From Paragordius varius (taxonomy: Eukaryota > Animalia > Nematomorpha): a stretch of DNA of 64,000 nucleotides. Positions 37,640 to 50,615 of this stretch are shown one piece after another. Made by a program: the position numbers and the translations under genes. The notes under the pieces are model-generated. The model made no database searches. It was not told the DNA's origin and saw only the letters and a list, made by a program, of their open reading frames with translations. How positions within the stretch are numbered: position 1 is the first letter of the stretch; every line of letters begins with the position of its first letter. Location: contig OZ176052.1 of the NCBI GenBank assembly GCA_964247055.1, positions 5,580,001 to 5,644,000 on the forward strand, in the 5' to 3' direction.

Positions 37640-40600
37640 AATTCGTCAATTTAAAAAAGGTTGTAGTGTAAACTAGTTCGATACCAGTGGTAAAATAATT
37701 TTTAATTATTTAAAATTTTCTCATAATTATGTTATATGTGAATTTCCTTCACAAGATTATATACTAAATTAGATGCGTGTCAATGTGTTCAAATATATAT
37801 TTACTTGATTCAATAAATATAGCTTTATTAATAATAAATTTTTTGAAAAAAAATAATATTATTTTGCGAGTATTAAGAACAGTTCAGAAACATTTGAAAT
37901 GTTTTTGTAGTTTTAAAATGGTTCCAAAAGCCAATAGTTGCAGTACCGGTGCCTGTTTCGTGGGCCGCGGGATAAGTGGCGGGTCATATGGGTTGGACAC
38001 AGCTGTTTTAGATTTGCTATATATTTATATATATGTATATATATAAATGATATTTTTTTTATATAAATATAGTATAATATCTGTTGAGATTTCGATTCTA
38101 TGTATATCACAAATAGGACAAGACTTGGACAAATTAGAACAAGATTTTGTCAATGATTTTTTCGTCATGTACCGCTGGTATACGTCTACCACTCGCTTAT
38201 TGCACATGTTCAAAACCATATATCCTTTTAATATAGCGTTATTGAATTTTACTATATGGAAAATATATATAAGTTCCAAAATTGTAACATAAAAAACAAA
38301 ATGCTTCTTATAGTCTTTTTTTTGATAAAAAATTATATCAACTTTTTTTATTTTTGAAACTATAATTGATTCAAGCCATTTTTATCGAGCTACTTAATGC
38401 GACAAAAATCGATATCAGATTCATTATATTTTATACATGGTAATTTTTGGTATTTCGGCCCAACAAAATTAAAATTTATGGTTCTCAATTAAATTTTTAA
38501 TTGATATTCCTTGATCTCTCATATTTAATCATTACTTTCAACTTCAAAATTGTGTTTTAGTTAACCATATCGGTTTCAACATTAGTGAAGCTTTAAGCAT
38601 GAAGGATATGGGTAAGCGTATGTAAGAGATTATTTGATTTTCAAAAGTCTGTTTTTGGGGGGCCTTTTTTGTATTTTCGTGCGACACGTATTTTAATATA
38701 AGCCGCTGTTTACGCATATTATATTTTAATTGCTTAGATAAGTATTAACAAATAGTCTTAACTATTTTCTTTAACAAATTATAATTAACACATCACATAT
38801 TCGGATCGAAACGTATTGTTTCCTAGTTGTGATCAATGTGATGAGCCAGCGTGCAACGAATTAATTATAGTCCAGAAAATTATCAATGCCTTAAAGTATG
38901 AAAAAGTTATTATATCTTACTTTATACCTAATTTTTTAAAAATAATAATATCAAAAAAACATAGATCTAAAACATTTATTTTATTGATCATATGACGGTA
39001 AATCAAATTATAATCACTTTTAATATTTTTAATATGTTTTTGAAAAATGACTTATTTTATTTAGATGGTGGGTCCAATATCAACCACAAGATTTTCTCAA
39101 AAACTCACCCAACATTCGAACATTGTTGGATTTCCAGCGTTTTATTAGCGATGACCATCCAAATTTAAAAATAAAGATGTAATTTTTTGTATCCAAATGA
39201 CAAAAAAATCAAAATGATTATATAATCTTACCACCATTGTCAGCCTTTAAATTATAAATTTCTAGTATTTCACAATTTTAAAAAACAAGTGCTCATTGAT
39301 ACACTCAGCTGTTAAGCGGGTTTTGTTTGCATCTATTGTTTATATGGTGTTTATAATTCTTAATACCAATTTTTAATTACAGTCAAAAAGATGGTAGAAG
39401 CCATAATTGAAAATTTAATTTTATACATTATGACTATATATATCATAGCCTAGATCGAACAAAAGCATTTTCCAGCATTTCTTCGCGAACCTATAATCAA
39501 AACATAAAAACACCTGATGATAAATCCAAAAACAAAAATGCCAGTCAGGGTAGAAAGTTTGGTTCGATTTCCTCCATCGTATTAATTAACCAAGATGCTC
39601 AATATTTGGCTCAACACTTGACATATCTTGATTACAATTCTAGTCGCCAATTTAAAGTAAACGGGCATTATAATTAATTTTAATAAAATATTTGAGGAAA
39701 ATTATCTTAAGTGTGGAGATTGTAAAGTAGATTTTATTTCAAATTTTGATAAACAATAAACGAATAATTTTAGAATTTATTTTATTAAATTGTAATAAAA
39801 AAATCCTCAAATAAAAAATAATCGAATATTTTTGATAGTCAGGGAAAAATTATACGATTTCAAATAATTATTCATATAACATCTTAAATTTTTTTAAACT
39901 GTTTAAAAAGCATGCGTTAAATTAAATTTTTAAAAATATTTATGGTATAATAGAAATCATTTAATATTTTGAGGGCTTTACAAAATTATATATTTGACAT
40001 ATTTACTTGCTAAAAACCATGAATAATATAATATACATAAGTTAATTTCCTTAATTAATTTGATAGGTCTGTTATATCTTAGGTATGTGAATTTCGATAC
40101 TATGTTAATCATAACGATATCACCAAGTGCCCATGCCTTAAAAAATCAATTGAGCGATTTAATTCAGTTTCGCATTGGGTGCAATGTATGATTCTCAACA
40201 AAACATCACCAGAAGAAAGAGCTAGTGTTATAGAAAAATTTATCGAAGTGGCCGAGGTCTTTGAATTGTAGATAAGATTAATTTATATGCTAATAAACTA
40301 TGAATAAACTTTAAAAAATGGTTATATTAGACTATAATTGCTTTATTATAAGTTAAAACTCATATAATATTTATGCATTTAGAAATTATTTGATATGGAA
40401 AGCTTTAACATGCTTATGGCAGTGATTGGAAGTATACTTCATAGTTCAATTGCTCGCTTGCAAAAAACCCATTTATTCTTAAGCCCCAGTTCCAAACTAA
40501 AGCTTGAGCATTTCAATATCATTCTTTCATCGCATAATAATTATCAAAACTACCGTTCCATATACAATGCCAAGATTCCAGATGAACTAAATAATGTTAA

Positions 40601-43600
40601 AAGACGTGGCAGCTTTCGTGATGAATTGCTAAAAAAATATATAATAGCTGCAGATAAGAGTTTAGCAAGGATCTCAAACAGTAAATTTCTTTTTTTATGA
40701 TACCGGCATTAGCTGGTACCACCTTAAATGAAAAATTTATAAAATGTGAAAAAATCACTAAATAGTTTTGTTAATCTTTTTACGGTAAGAATTGAGAGAA
40801 TGCTTTAGGTTTTGGCCTTTAGCAGCAAAGGTAATTACACTTTTACAACTTTCCGTATCGGAATGGCAAAATTTAGGCAGATATTGAATAAATTTTTTCA
40901 GAGAGAGCCTTATACTTCGTTCAAAAAAACCAAAATTTATCATATACTACATATAAGCAAAACAATATTTTTATAAAATTATAAATATTAGATGTGGGCT
41001 CCAAAAGTCTCAAAAAAAGTTTTTTCAAGAATTTGTTTAAAAATTTAATTTACAACAAAATAATGATGTATGGTATTTTGATCATGATAGAAACGTTAAA
41101 TACTATTTAGGAAATTATAAACTTTTTCTATAAAAATCGATAATGCTGAGGTTATACCTCAGAATAAAAATATTATTTGGTTTTCATTCGTATTATATGA
41201 TATATTTGGTCAAAAAAATTACATAAAATGTACGCAAATTTTGCCATTCTCGGATATGAAGCAGTTACCCCAAAAGTGTTAACAACTACAATCATTCCTA
41301 AGAACCAAAACCAAAAGGTATCCTAACCTTAACTGTTAATGTTGAAGGTTTTCAATAGTTTTTTGAGCCTCATTTTCTTGATTAATATGTTTTTTCATAT
41401 CAGAAAATCAATTATTGCATAGCATCACAACCTATGATATCAAAAATTTAAAATATTCCAAATATCAACGACAGAACTTCACAGTTTTGAAGAAAAAATA
41501 TAGCTCACTTCCAGTTTTACCATTTGATTTGGAGGATATAAAGGTTCGAGACATTATTAGCGGGAAACACAAAACAGACATAAGGTTTAAACTTCAACAT
41601 AGTGATAATTATTAAAATTTTATTGTTTAATAATAATAAATATAACATTGGTTTTTACGAAATTAAATAAAACGTATTTCTGATTGTTAATGGATTCATT
41701 TTGTTTTTAGGCCAACTGGTTTCAAGAGATGAGCTTGCTCTGCTAATTGACATTATTAAACTTATGAATATATAGTTTTAAATTTCTTTAGATATAATTT
41801 TTATTTAATTATTGTTTTCGCGTGTAGTACGCCAAAGGTTTTTTTAGTAATTATTAATGCTTGGATCTTCATATATGAGGCGACCTCTATTATTTATATA
41901 TTTACAGTTCTAACCAAGATACCACTATAAAGTTTTCTATTCCGATCTGGGGAATATGTCTCAAGGATTTAATTTCCATTCATGCAGCATATCTCGATTA
42001 TTTGTTACCGCAAAATCGAATGATTTGCCCAGTAAAATGGACGCTTTTGTGTCCTTTGATTAAGGAAATTTTAGAAATCAAAAAATATTCCATGCCATAT
42101 AGAATCGACTGCGATTTAATAGCAATGTTGCAACTATCATTGGATATGCATTTTAGCGAGGAAGAAATATATGAACTATCGTTAGCACGGGAGCCAAAAA
42201 TAGTAATAATATAAATATATATTTATCGAAACACTCAAATTCCATTTTTTTTAACAGATTATATCTGTATTATATACAGTGTCCAAAACAAAACTTGATG
42301 AAATATATGTATTTTTTAAAAATGTGTCAGAATTATCATGATGCTTTTGGTTTCCCTTATGAATGATTTAAAGTTACACTTTTGTGGTAAGTGCTCCATA
42401 TCAGAAAATGGCAAAATTTGCGCTTATTTTTTAATAAAAAATTTTGGTGAAGACTAGAGGCTTTTTCTAAAAAATAATATTGAAATATATTATAACTACA
42501 TATAAAAAGCAAAACAATATTAAAAAATTTTATATTTAGATGTAGCAAAAGCCCCAAATTTTTTCGCTCTTCTAAAATGGGCTTGTCCTGTTAGAATAAA
42601 CGTAAAAATGCCGTATTTCCGCGATAAAAACTTTAAATGTATGGTAAATTTTATTATTAATTAAAAATTTTATTAAAATGCATACTTTTTTAAAATTTAA
42701 TTATTAGATTTTAGTTTACAGGTTCATTTGTTTTAAATTTTGATGAAAAAAACCATAGTTGATTAACATAAATTAGAAGACGAACGAATATTTTAATCGA
42801 AATTCTGATATGATAGAAATTTTCATCATCTATAAATTATATAGAAAAAGTCATTTATGATATCTTAAAGCCTTTTTAAACCGTTCTCCCATTATGCCTC
42901 AAAATACTTATAAGTACACTTCAATAATTTGACAAAAATAAATTTTTGAAAAAAAGTATGTATTTTTCAAAAATAATTTTAGTAAAATTTTAGCATATTA
43001 AAGTTTTTATCGCAATATTTTTAGTAAAATTTTAGCATATTAAAGTTTTTATCGCGCAACTACTGCATTTTTGTGTTTATTTTGAGAGAAATTATTTAAG
43101 AAAAGCAAAAAAATTTGAAACTTTCGGAATTTTATTTAAAATATTGTTTTGCTTTTTATATGTAGTTTATGATATATTTTAATGAAGCCTCTAGCAACCA
43201 AAAAAATATATTAAAAAATGTGCGCAATATTTTCTGACATGGAGCAGTTACTATAAAAATTATTAAATTCGTAAGCGACAAAAGCACCATGATAATCCTG
43301 ATTTTTCCTATCAGAATATATATACCATCAGGATATTATTTATACCCGCCGATTTCGGACGCAGTATATATATATATCATGGGTCAAAATTTAGTTTTTG
43401 AAACTTTGATATCTTTACATTTTTGATATCTTTACATTGCGAAAGCTACAAGCCTTAAGAATCCGAAAAAGAAGTATCACGTTTTATTTGGGGCAAATGT
43501 TATTGGCAATCAATACTTATAATTCATAAAATAAAATCTTGAACAAATAATTTATATGACGGTTATATAGCTTTTTTAGAAGCAAGTCGAATATAAAATT

Positions 43601-46600
43601 ATATTTTGTGAATTTAAATCACCATTCTATTATTAACATAAGATTTAGCTTGTCTAGTGCTTTGAGCTGGGTAATTATATTTTGTATGGTAGAAAAATAT
43701 AAAATTTTTTAAAATAAGTTACATTATAATTCTATTTAACATCTGTTTAGTTTAAAAAAATACTTTTAATTTAAGTAGCGAACAAGTTAAAACGCCAGTT
43801 TGCCAATCGTTAATATTTATAGAATCAATTGGTATATGGTTTTTCACCCTTAAACCACCAAAACGAATTTAAATAAACATATTTAATTATGGCTTATACT
43901 TTCAATTATTGGAAATTATTTATATTAGTACAAAATATGTAAAATTATGTGAGATAATTATAAATTTTAACTGAAATAAGGCGATATATGATTCGACAAA
44001 AGAAACAGGATATAGTGTAGTTGTTAGCAACCATTTGATTTTGGATTCGTATTATTTTACTCATAAATATACATATACAGATGAATGAAAACGACTCCAT
44101 TTATCCAACCAATTACAATCAAGTATTTTCGGAGTGGGTATGCGACATAAAACCTGCGCCTGATTGGAATAATCTTAGCAAACATATTAATGCAATGGTA
44201 GATGCTGTCTTTAAAAATTATGATTATGACAATGATAATCACATTTCACGAACGGAATTTGAATCTGTTTTAGATAATTTTCCATTCATTGATTCCTTTG
44301 CGGTGCTAGATATAGATAAGTACGCTTGTCATCTTAATTTATGTTTTTTTTTCGTGATTAAATATAAGTGATAGGTCAGAATAATTACAGTAAACACAAA
44401 TTTTTCTGCCACTCGGGTTTTTTGCATTTCTAATATTTCCTATCCTTTCAACAAATCTGACTTAAAAATTGATTCTACTAAGAATTTTTTATTATTTGTT
44501 GATCATAATGCGCCCTCTTTATCAAAATTATACTAAAAAAATTTCTCTGTGAAACTATACAACAAATGCCCATTTGTATTATATCATTCGAAAGATCATA
44601 ACATTTGTAATATATCATTCGAAAGATCATAATAGCTTTATAAAATACATACTTTATGGGATGGGAAGTAAATCAGCGAGCGAGTGTGTTTTTGTAAATA
44701 AATATAAATTTAAAGCTAATGGATGAATGTAACTCAAACTTTGTTTAGATGGCAATAAATATCTCAAAAAGATAACACAAATAAGTTTTTTTTGTTAAAA
44801 CACTTATTTATTTTTTTATAACAACAGCATTTTTAATTTTTTTGGTCAAAATCACCATCTCATTGAAAATTATTATTTTCTTCAGAAGGCTTATAATTTC
44901 AAAATCCAATGACTAGAAATAAAATTTAAGGCATTCTTGATCTTTTATATATGTAATAAATTTACAGTTATAACTATGCATTTTATTATTATTTAGATAA
45001 AATAATTTTGTAGATAATGTTTTTTAGTGAACGAAACCTTTTTCAAAGATATTTTAGGATTTTATACCAATGTAACCCTAATAATTATATTAAAATAATT
45101 TATATGATTTTAAAATTAGTTTGTCTGTTCGACTTATTTAATGGCTGAAAATTTTGACCATATAAAGCCAAATTTACATCAGATTGGATGAATGACTAAT
45201 TACCATTCGAAAGATTCATTTGCGCTCTTTCGATTGATATATAATACTTGGCTATCTATTTTTTAAGTTTAAAAATTTAGAATTTACTGTTAAATAAAGG
45301 CCAAAATTTTTCGATAGACCTAAATAAAAAAATATTAGGTTTTAGACCATTTTTTTAGACATACTATTTATATACTTTAATGAAATAAATTTTAAATTTA
45401 CAAAAATAGGACTTAAAATAATCAATATTTTACTGTTACATATGCATGACCGTTATTGAATTTGTTTGGAAATTTGGATTGCGATTTATTTCCTGATAGG
45501 ATATTGACTTAAAAGAACTAATATAAATAATTAAACAATATTTTATTTGATCTCAGATGATTAATTTTAACAAAATAGCAAAAAAAATATTTTACAAATA
45601 TCCGCAATCGAGACAAAAACAGTCACGGAATCTACAGGACAACACGCTATCCCTTATATTCCATATATTTGCTAAAAAATTACCCGACTTTACTTAATTT
45701 TATCTAGAGATGGGTTAATTAGCAAAGAGGAGTTGCGTAAATATTTCTATAGAGCGAATTGTCACGCTTTTAAAACGGGTTTTAAACACAATTTTGTGGA
45801 AACAACTTACTTCAAATTGACATTTTGTGTTCATTGCTCTGGTTTGGTAAGTTAATGTTTTTATTATAATATGTTTTAAATGATGATATTATATAATTGA
45901 AATTTATACTTAAATTAAATTACTAAATATTTTAACATAAATATATTTTTATAATTTAGTAAACCCATACGTGATTCAGAATAATAAAATGCAGACGTAT
46001 GAATTTTTAATTATTAACAAATAAAATATTTATTAATAGAACTTATTTTATCATATTAGCATGATCTTGATCACTAGTACATATGAATAAGTGGTTTAAT
46101 GCCTTGTTATAAGTTGTAAGTATTCAAATTATGCAATAAAATTGATTATGAGTGTGTTATTGTGCTAATAAAACATGAGTCCAGATTTAGGATAGATTGT
46201 ATTCATCAGCTCTGTTAAGTAGATCATTATCTTTTTTATTTTTCTTGCTCCCAGAATAAATCTTTTAAAGGATTGTCGATATTTACCACTTCTGTTTTAA
46301 TTATTTGGTGATCTTTGTTGCAGACGTGTTCTGCTAGGCCAGAATTAGGTTTGTTGTGCTTGATATACTGTTGATGTTCTTGTATTCTAATATTGATGGA
46401 TCTGCTTGTCTTTCGCCTATGTAAACTTCATTGCAAGTGCAAGTAGCCTTATATATCCCGTGTAATTTGTCTCAAGGAATAGGATCTGTAAAATTTATTA
46501 GTTTTTTAAAAGGTGTGTATACTGACCGAATATAAAATTTATTTAAGATTTTGCCAATTTTGGATGTAACATTTTAAATGTAAGGTAAAATGGCTGTCGC

Positions 46601-48313
46601 CAATCATTTTTAGGTAATTCTAAAAGCAATAGAAATATAAAAAAGAATAATGCTTTACTCAACAGAGCTGATGGATAAATCTATCCTCAATCTGGACTCA
46701 TGTTTTATTAGCACAATTATAACACACTCATAATCAATTTTTATTGTTTAATATAATACTCTTATAACAATCCATTAAACCACTTATTCATATGTACTAA
46801 TTTTTTCCAGAATTTGTCAATTAATTCTTTAAATGTTTACTGGTAATATAGCAGTTCAATTTTATTTTCACCACTGTGATCAAGATCATGCTAATATGAT
46901 CGAGTAAATATTTTATTTGTTAATAATTAAAAATTCATACATCTGCCAAATATATATAAATTTATTATAAACATATTTTATTATTAGCTATGGGGCCTGA
47001 TAAAGCAAGGATACAGATGCAAAGGTAGTAAATTATTTATTTTAAAAATGGAAGGACCTCTGCTTTATGAATACTCATAGATTTTTTGCGGTAAATTACT
47101 ATTTTTGATATGGGCTCATAGGTTCCATAAATTAACATTTAATAATTTTTTTCGTTAATTATAAAATTAACCAATCAGTATAAGTTCTTAGGTTACCAGA
47201 TTAGATATTGGAAACTTCTTATATATTAACTAGATTGTGATATAAATGCCCATAAAAATTGTAAAGACGTGGTAGTATTGGAGTGCCGATCTAAACAAAA
47301 ATATAACGCAGTTATACTTAATTCGAATATATCAGATGTACCTCAAAGATCATCATCTTTTGCAGGAATAGGTTACCCATAAAAAATGATAAGATATTAT
47401 TTAATTTAGAATGTTAAGATTATTTAAATGTGTTTTTTCTCCAGATAAAAGATTATCAATTGAAACAAATCAAATCAATCGGGTAATTAATGGCTTGGGT
47501 TTAGAACATAAATCAATCGGATCTTCGATTCAAAACGCCTCTTTACCTAATTCTTTAGGTATTGAGTCGGCTAACAATTCAATATGTTCCCCTCTACTTA
47601 CCGTCAACGCTACAGATATATGTAAAAAATCGCATTCCCTTTCTGACGACCATAGTTTATTAACGAATTGTGACAACAAAAATAATAATTCATTTTTTGA
47701 AAGATTGAATGTCAACACCTACATAGATGATATTATAGATGGCGACAATGTCTTACTCAGTATTCCCAATACACCTGAATGCTATAATTCAGAAAACAGA
47801 TTAGTATGTCCAACTATTTCAACTTCTAGCCTTAGGAGCAATAGTCCCTTATCAGATTTGGTTGAAGATTCCAACAATTTGCAATTATTAAATTCGCCCA
47901 TCCTACGTCCAAATCCATATTTGTGTAAATCCACACAAACGTCGATTGAATTTAGATGCATCGATGGTGAGGAACACATTATGGGGAATGAAAAATGCGT
48001 TTGGAATAAAACCAATAAAAATAGCGAAAATAATCGATTGTTGATTTATGAAAGAAGGCATGAAAATCATTCCAAAAACCAGCTGTTAAAGATTCAGGAA
48101 AAAATCAAAGCAGGGATGATTCAATACTTTAAGCCAAATGTTTATGATAAAAATATCGAAAAAATTGACGCACATGATAATAAAATGGACACAGGTGTCT
48201 TAACTTTATCTTCGTTTGGTAATTTGCTCTTAGATAAATTAATATATAAAATGTTGGCTTTGAGGCCATTTCAAAAATATAAAGATACCTTATTATCTGA
48301 TGAAGAACCCTAG
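34723..48313 (+). CDS. RASGRP: RasGRP/CalDAG-GEF-type Ras guanine nucleotide exchange factor (REM, CDC25 RasGEF, 2 EF-hands, C1 domain); 5' exon(s) not resolved
   Basis: Phase-consistent exons: 34723-34901, 38117-38219, 38797-38895, 39065-39178, 39449-39656, 40083-40256, 40383-40680, [41404-41543 and/or 41711-? uncertain], 41908-42202, 44081-44319, 45708-45846, 46988-47024, 47234-47371, 47445-48313. Motifs: FFVMYRWYTS (REM); LAQHLTYLDY, SHWVQCMIL, SFNMLMAVIGS, IPIWGICLKDLISI, EEEIYELSLAREP (CDC25); DYDNDNHISRTE and DIDKDGLISKEE (EF-hands); [50 protein letters not shown] (C1). Confidence 0.92.
35755..37005. mobile_element. 1.25 kb near-perfect palindromic element with Tc1/mariner-like termini, in a RasGRP intron
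   Basis: Arms of about 600 bp are mirror images (e.g. GATAGCTTATGACCAGCGTATTCATTTGC and GCAAATGAATACGCTGGTCATAAGCTATC; CCGAAATCGGGCAAAAAG and CTTTTTGCCCGATTTCGG), centred at about 36370. Termini are TA|CACTGTGTGCAAAA and TTTTGCACAAAGTG. Confidence 0.85.
38220..38796 (+). other. U12-type (minor spliceosome) AT-AC intron of RasGRP, 577 nt
   Basis: 5' end ATATCCTTTT (U12 consensus), branch-like TTTTCTTTAAC at 38765-38775, 3' end CATCAC. Only this AC keeps the frame (…MFKTI|YSDRN…VQKIINALK|WWVQ…); the two neighbouring ACs lead to stops. Confidence 0.85.
42305..43335. mobile_element. ~1 kb palindromic foldback element, same family as 22360-23465, in a RasGRP intron
   Basis: Mirror pairs: CATATAAAAAGCAAAACAATATT and AATATTGTTTTGCTTTTTATATG; GCGATAAAAACTTTAA and TTAAAGTTTTTATCGC; CTAGAGGCTT and AAGCCTCTAG; ATCATGATGCTTTTG and CAAAAGCACCATGAT. 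Confidence 0.75.
45991..46946 (-). mobile_element. Penelope-like retroelement 3' fragment (GIY-YIG endonuclease remnant) with an inverted partial copy
   Basis: The minus strand of about 46200-46490 reads …GIYKATCTCNEVYIGE/…SINIRIQEHQQYIKHNKPNSGLAEHVCNKDH…LLNRAD, the PLE-type GIY-YIG signature, with a frameshift. The arms 45991-46221 and about 46650-46946 are inverted copies of the ORF end and 3' UTR. Confidence 0.8.
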
Positions 48314-48899
48314 GTGTTTCTGTTTCAGTAAATAAGCAAAGCTTAATCGAGCATAATTTTACCATTGAGTTTAGCACCCTCTATGTAATGGTTTTTTTTT
48401 AAAAATCAACTCTCTAAATATTGTCATTCGGTAATAAATTTTTCCTATAAATTGGTTTACATGTACAAAAATCTAACATTCCTTAAATTCGTAATGATGT
48501 AACTTTTTTAAAATCAATATTTAATCATATTTCATAAATGTAAGTTGGTTTTTTATCTTCCGAAACGCATGCCCTTTTCCTAAATACGGGTGGGAACGAC
48601 AGCGAAAATTCAGAGTGCGGCCTTTTTGATTCAAAATAACTTATTATCATTTGAGCGAATGATAAAAAAGCAATAAGCATTTTTCCCCCTTCCCCTTTGT
48701 AATTATAGCATTAATAAAATTGCCAATTTCAGATATGATAAGTCGCATTCCTTAACTGGGGTATATAATTAACATATAGGCTGATTCAAAAGTGGCTCAC
48801 TTTAATTCGCAAAATAATATTAACAATATATAGACCTTATTATAAATGAACGCTTTAAATAATTGATATTGCATACATTGTTCTGAAGCAATAGTCTCA

Positions 48900-49640
48900 A
48901 TTTACTGTTTTTCACTGATGTCGGTTAGAAACCATATTTTCAGGGTGTTGATCCAGCTCACAACCGTCACCACTTTATCTGAATCCTTACATACATATAA
49001 TGAGTTTATTAAAGTTCTTAACCCTGTTAACAAGACCAAAGTGTGAGTTTCATCTGAGGCAGTTGCTAAATAAGGATGTGTCTGGATGAATTTTATCAAA
49101 AATTTTGATGTTCATATTTTTATAAGTAGGTTGGCAGACTCTTGCGCCCAAATGCGTTAACTTTTCACGTTTGATTGTTAAACTTTTGGGTAAAACTCGG
49201 ACTTGCAGCATATCAATTTTGAGTTTTCTGCGTGTTAAAACCATAATTGCTATATTTGGAAGTTATTCTTCCCTTGATGTCTGGGATATTGTAAATCGGA
49301 TTGATAAGACTGATTAAATAAGTGTATAGGGAAACAACATTGATTTTTTAATCCTTATAATATAAGTAGTGATTTTATGTGTCCGGTTTACAATTATTAT
49401 AGTTCCAACCAAATTTTTAGGATTTGGTGAATTTCATTAAGGGTTTTGACTGTCATGTTCATAAAAAAATGGTGTCAATCTTGTAATATCGACAATTTTC
49501 CGAACTCATTGTCTATGTTCCTTTATGTGTTTTTATACATTTAAAAGCATTGGTAAAAGAGCAGGCTCGTCGCGCAATCCATTGTTTATTGTCCATCTTG
49601 TTCCAATGAAGTCAATATGATAAAGAAGTGCTAATTTTGA
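48900..49640 (-). pseudogene. Highly decayed non-LTR retrotransposon RT fragment (RTE-like, tentative)
   Basis: The minus strand has …WTINNGLRDEPALLPMLLNV…, resembling the RT GLRQGDxLSPxLFN motif; otherwise only broken ORFs (48902-49099, 49050-49244). Confidence 0.35.
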
Positions 49641-50615
49641 TCACAGCATAGATTACTTTGATTTAGAAGTCATTAGTTTTCCGAATATCAAATATATGTT
49701 TTATATGCTCTTTAATGCAACATATACCATAATACTACTTGGATTTAAAGCTGAGATTTAACCGTCTCTTAAATACGTATAAAAATTAATTGAAAATTTT
49801 GAAGTTTTTTCAATTAAAGAAAGAGTTCTATGATTGTTAAGTATTAAACATCCTTTTTTAAATAGGAATGCGTATGGATTATCAATTAGTGAAGTCTAAG
49901 ATATTATAAAATTAATGTGGTAATTTAATAATATAGTGACAAATTTTCAAAACTAAAGGCACCGATTTTCGGGTTATCTTACAAAGCGTTGAGCTTTTCC
50001 CATGTTTTTTAAAGAAAATCTTAAAATTAGATTCATATGTCTCGGTTCTTTCGAAACATTGCTTAAAATTAAGGGTGACGTACACAAATGGCTTTACGAG
50101 CCCCATTTCAGCCCAAAAAATCGGCCGGCCGTGGGCATTTTATTATATCAAAAGTTAGGTCGTTAAATAATTATTCATTTTTGTTAGTTTGTTGCCGAAA
50201 TTTCATAAGACATATTTTGATTTATTTTTTTAAAAAAAATACCAATTTTGCTAAATGTAAATAGCATATTTTTAAAAATTTTGGTCCGTATTTATGATAT
50301 TTTTTATGTTGATGGGCCTGTTTGAATTTACTAAGAGTGTATTAAAAGAAAACTAAAATTCCCTCTACTTTAATCAGCGCCTTCATAAAAGAAAAATTAC
50401 CATTATCGATTTTGAATGGTGCCACGTTTTATGTTAATTGCTCTACGACACTATAAATTTTGTATGACTGCACACCGTCCATCATTTCATATAATTAGTT
50501 GGTCGAGAAAAGGAAATTTTGCTAAAATATATTTTTAAACTCAAAATATTTGTAACTGTATCCATCTTATTATAGTTATATTATAATTGGCAAAATTTAC
50601 AATTTGCATATTAAG

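Noticed and set aside
38507-38611. Alternative U12 branch-like TTCCTTGAT and a downstream GTAAG donor
   Set aside because: The resulting exon does not give REM-like sequence or the phase-2 end needed for the 39065 exon; the 38797 exon does both.
39383-39393. 11-nt micro-exon candidate in RasGRP
   Set aside because: Direct splicing 39178 to 39449 already restores the frame and alignment (KILDRT vs RLIDTT).
47530-48377. Minus-strand ORFs 47530-47718, 47782-48015 and 48129-48377
   Set aside because: Antisense shadows of the RasGRP last exon.
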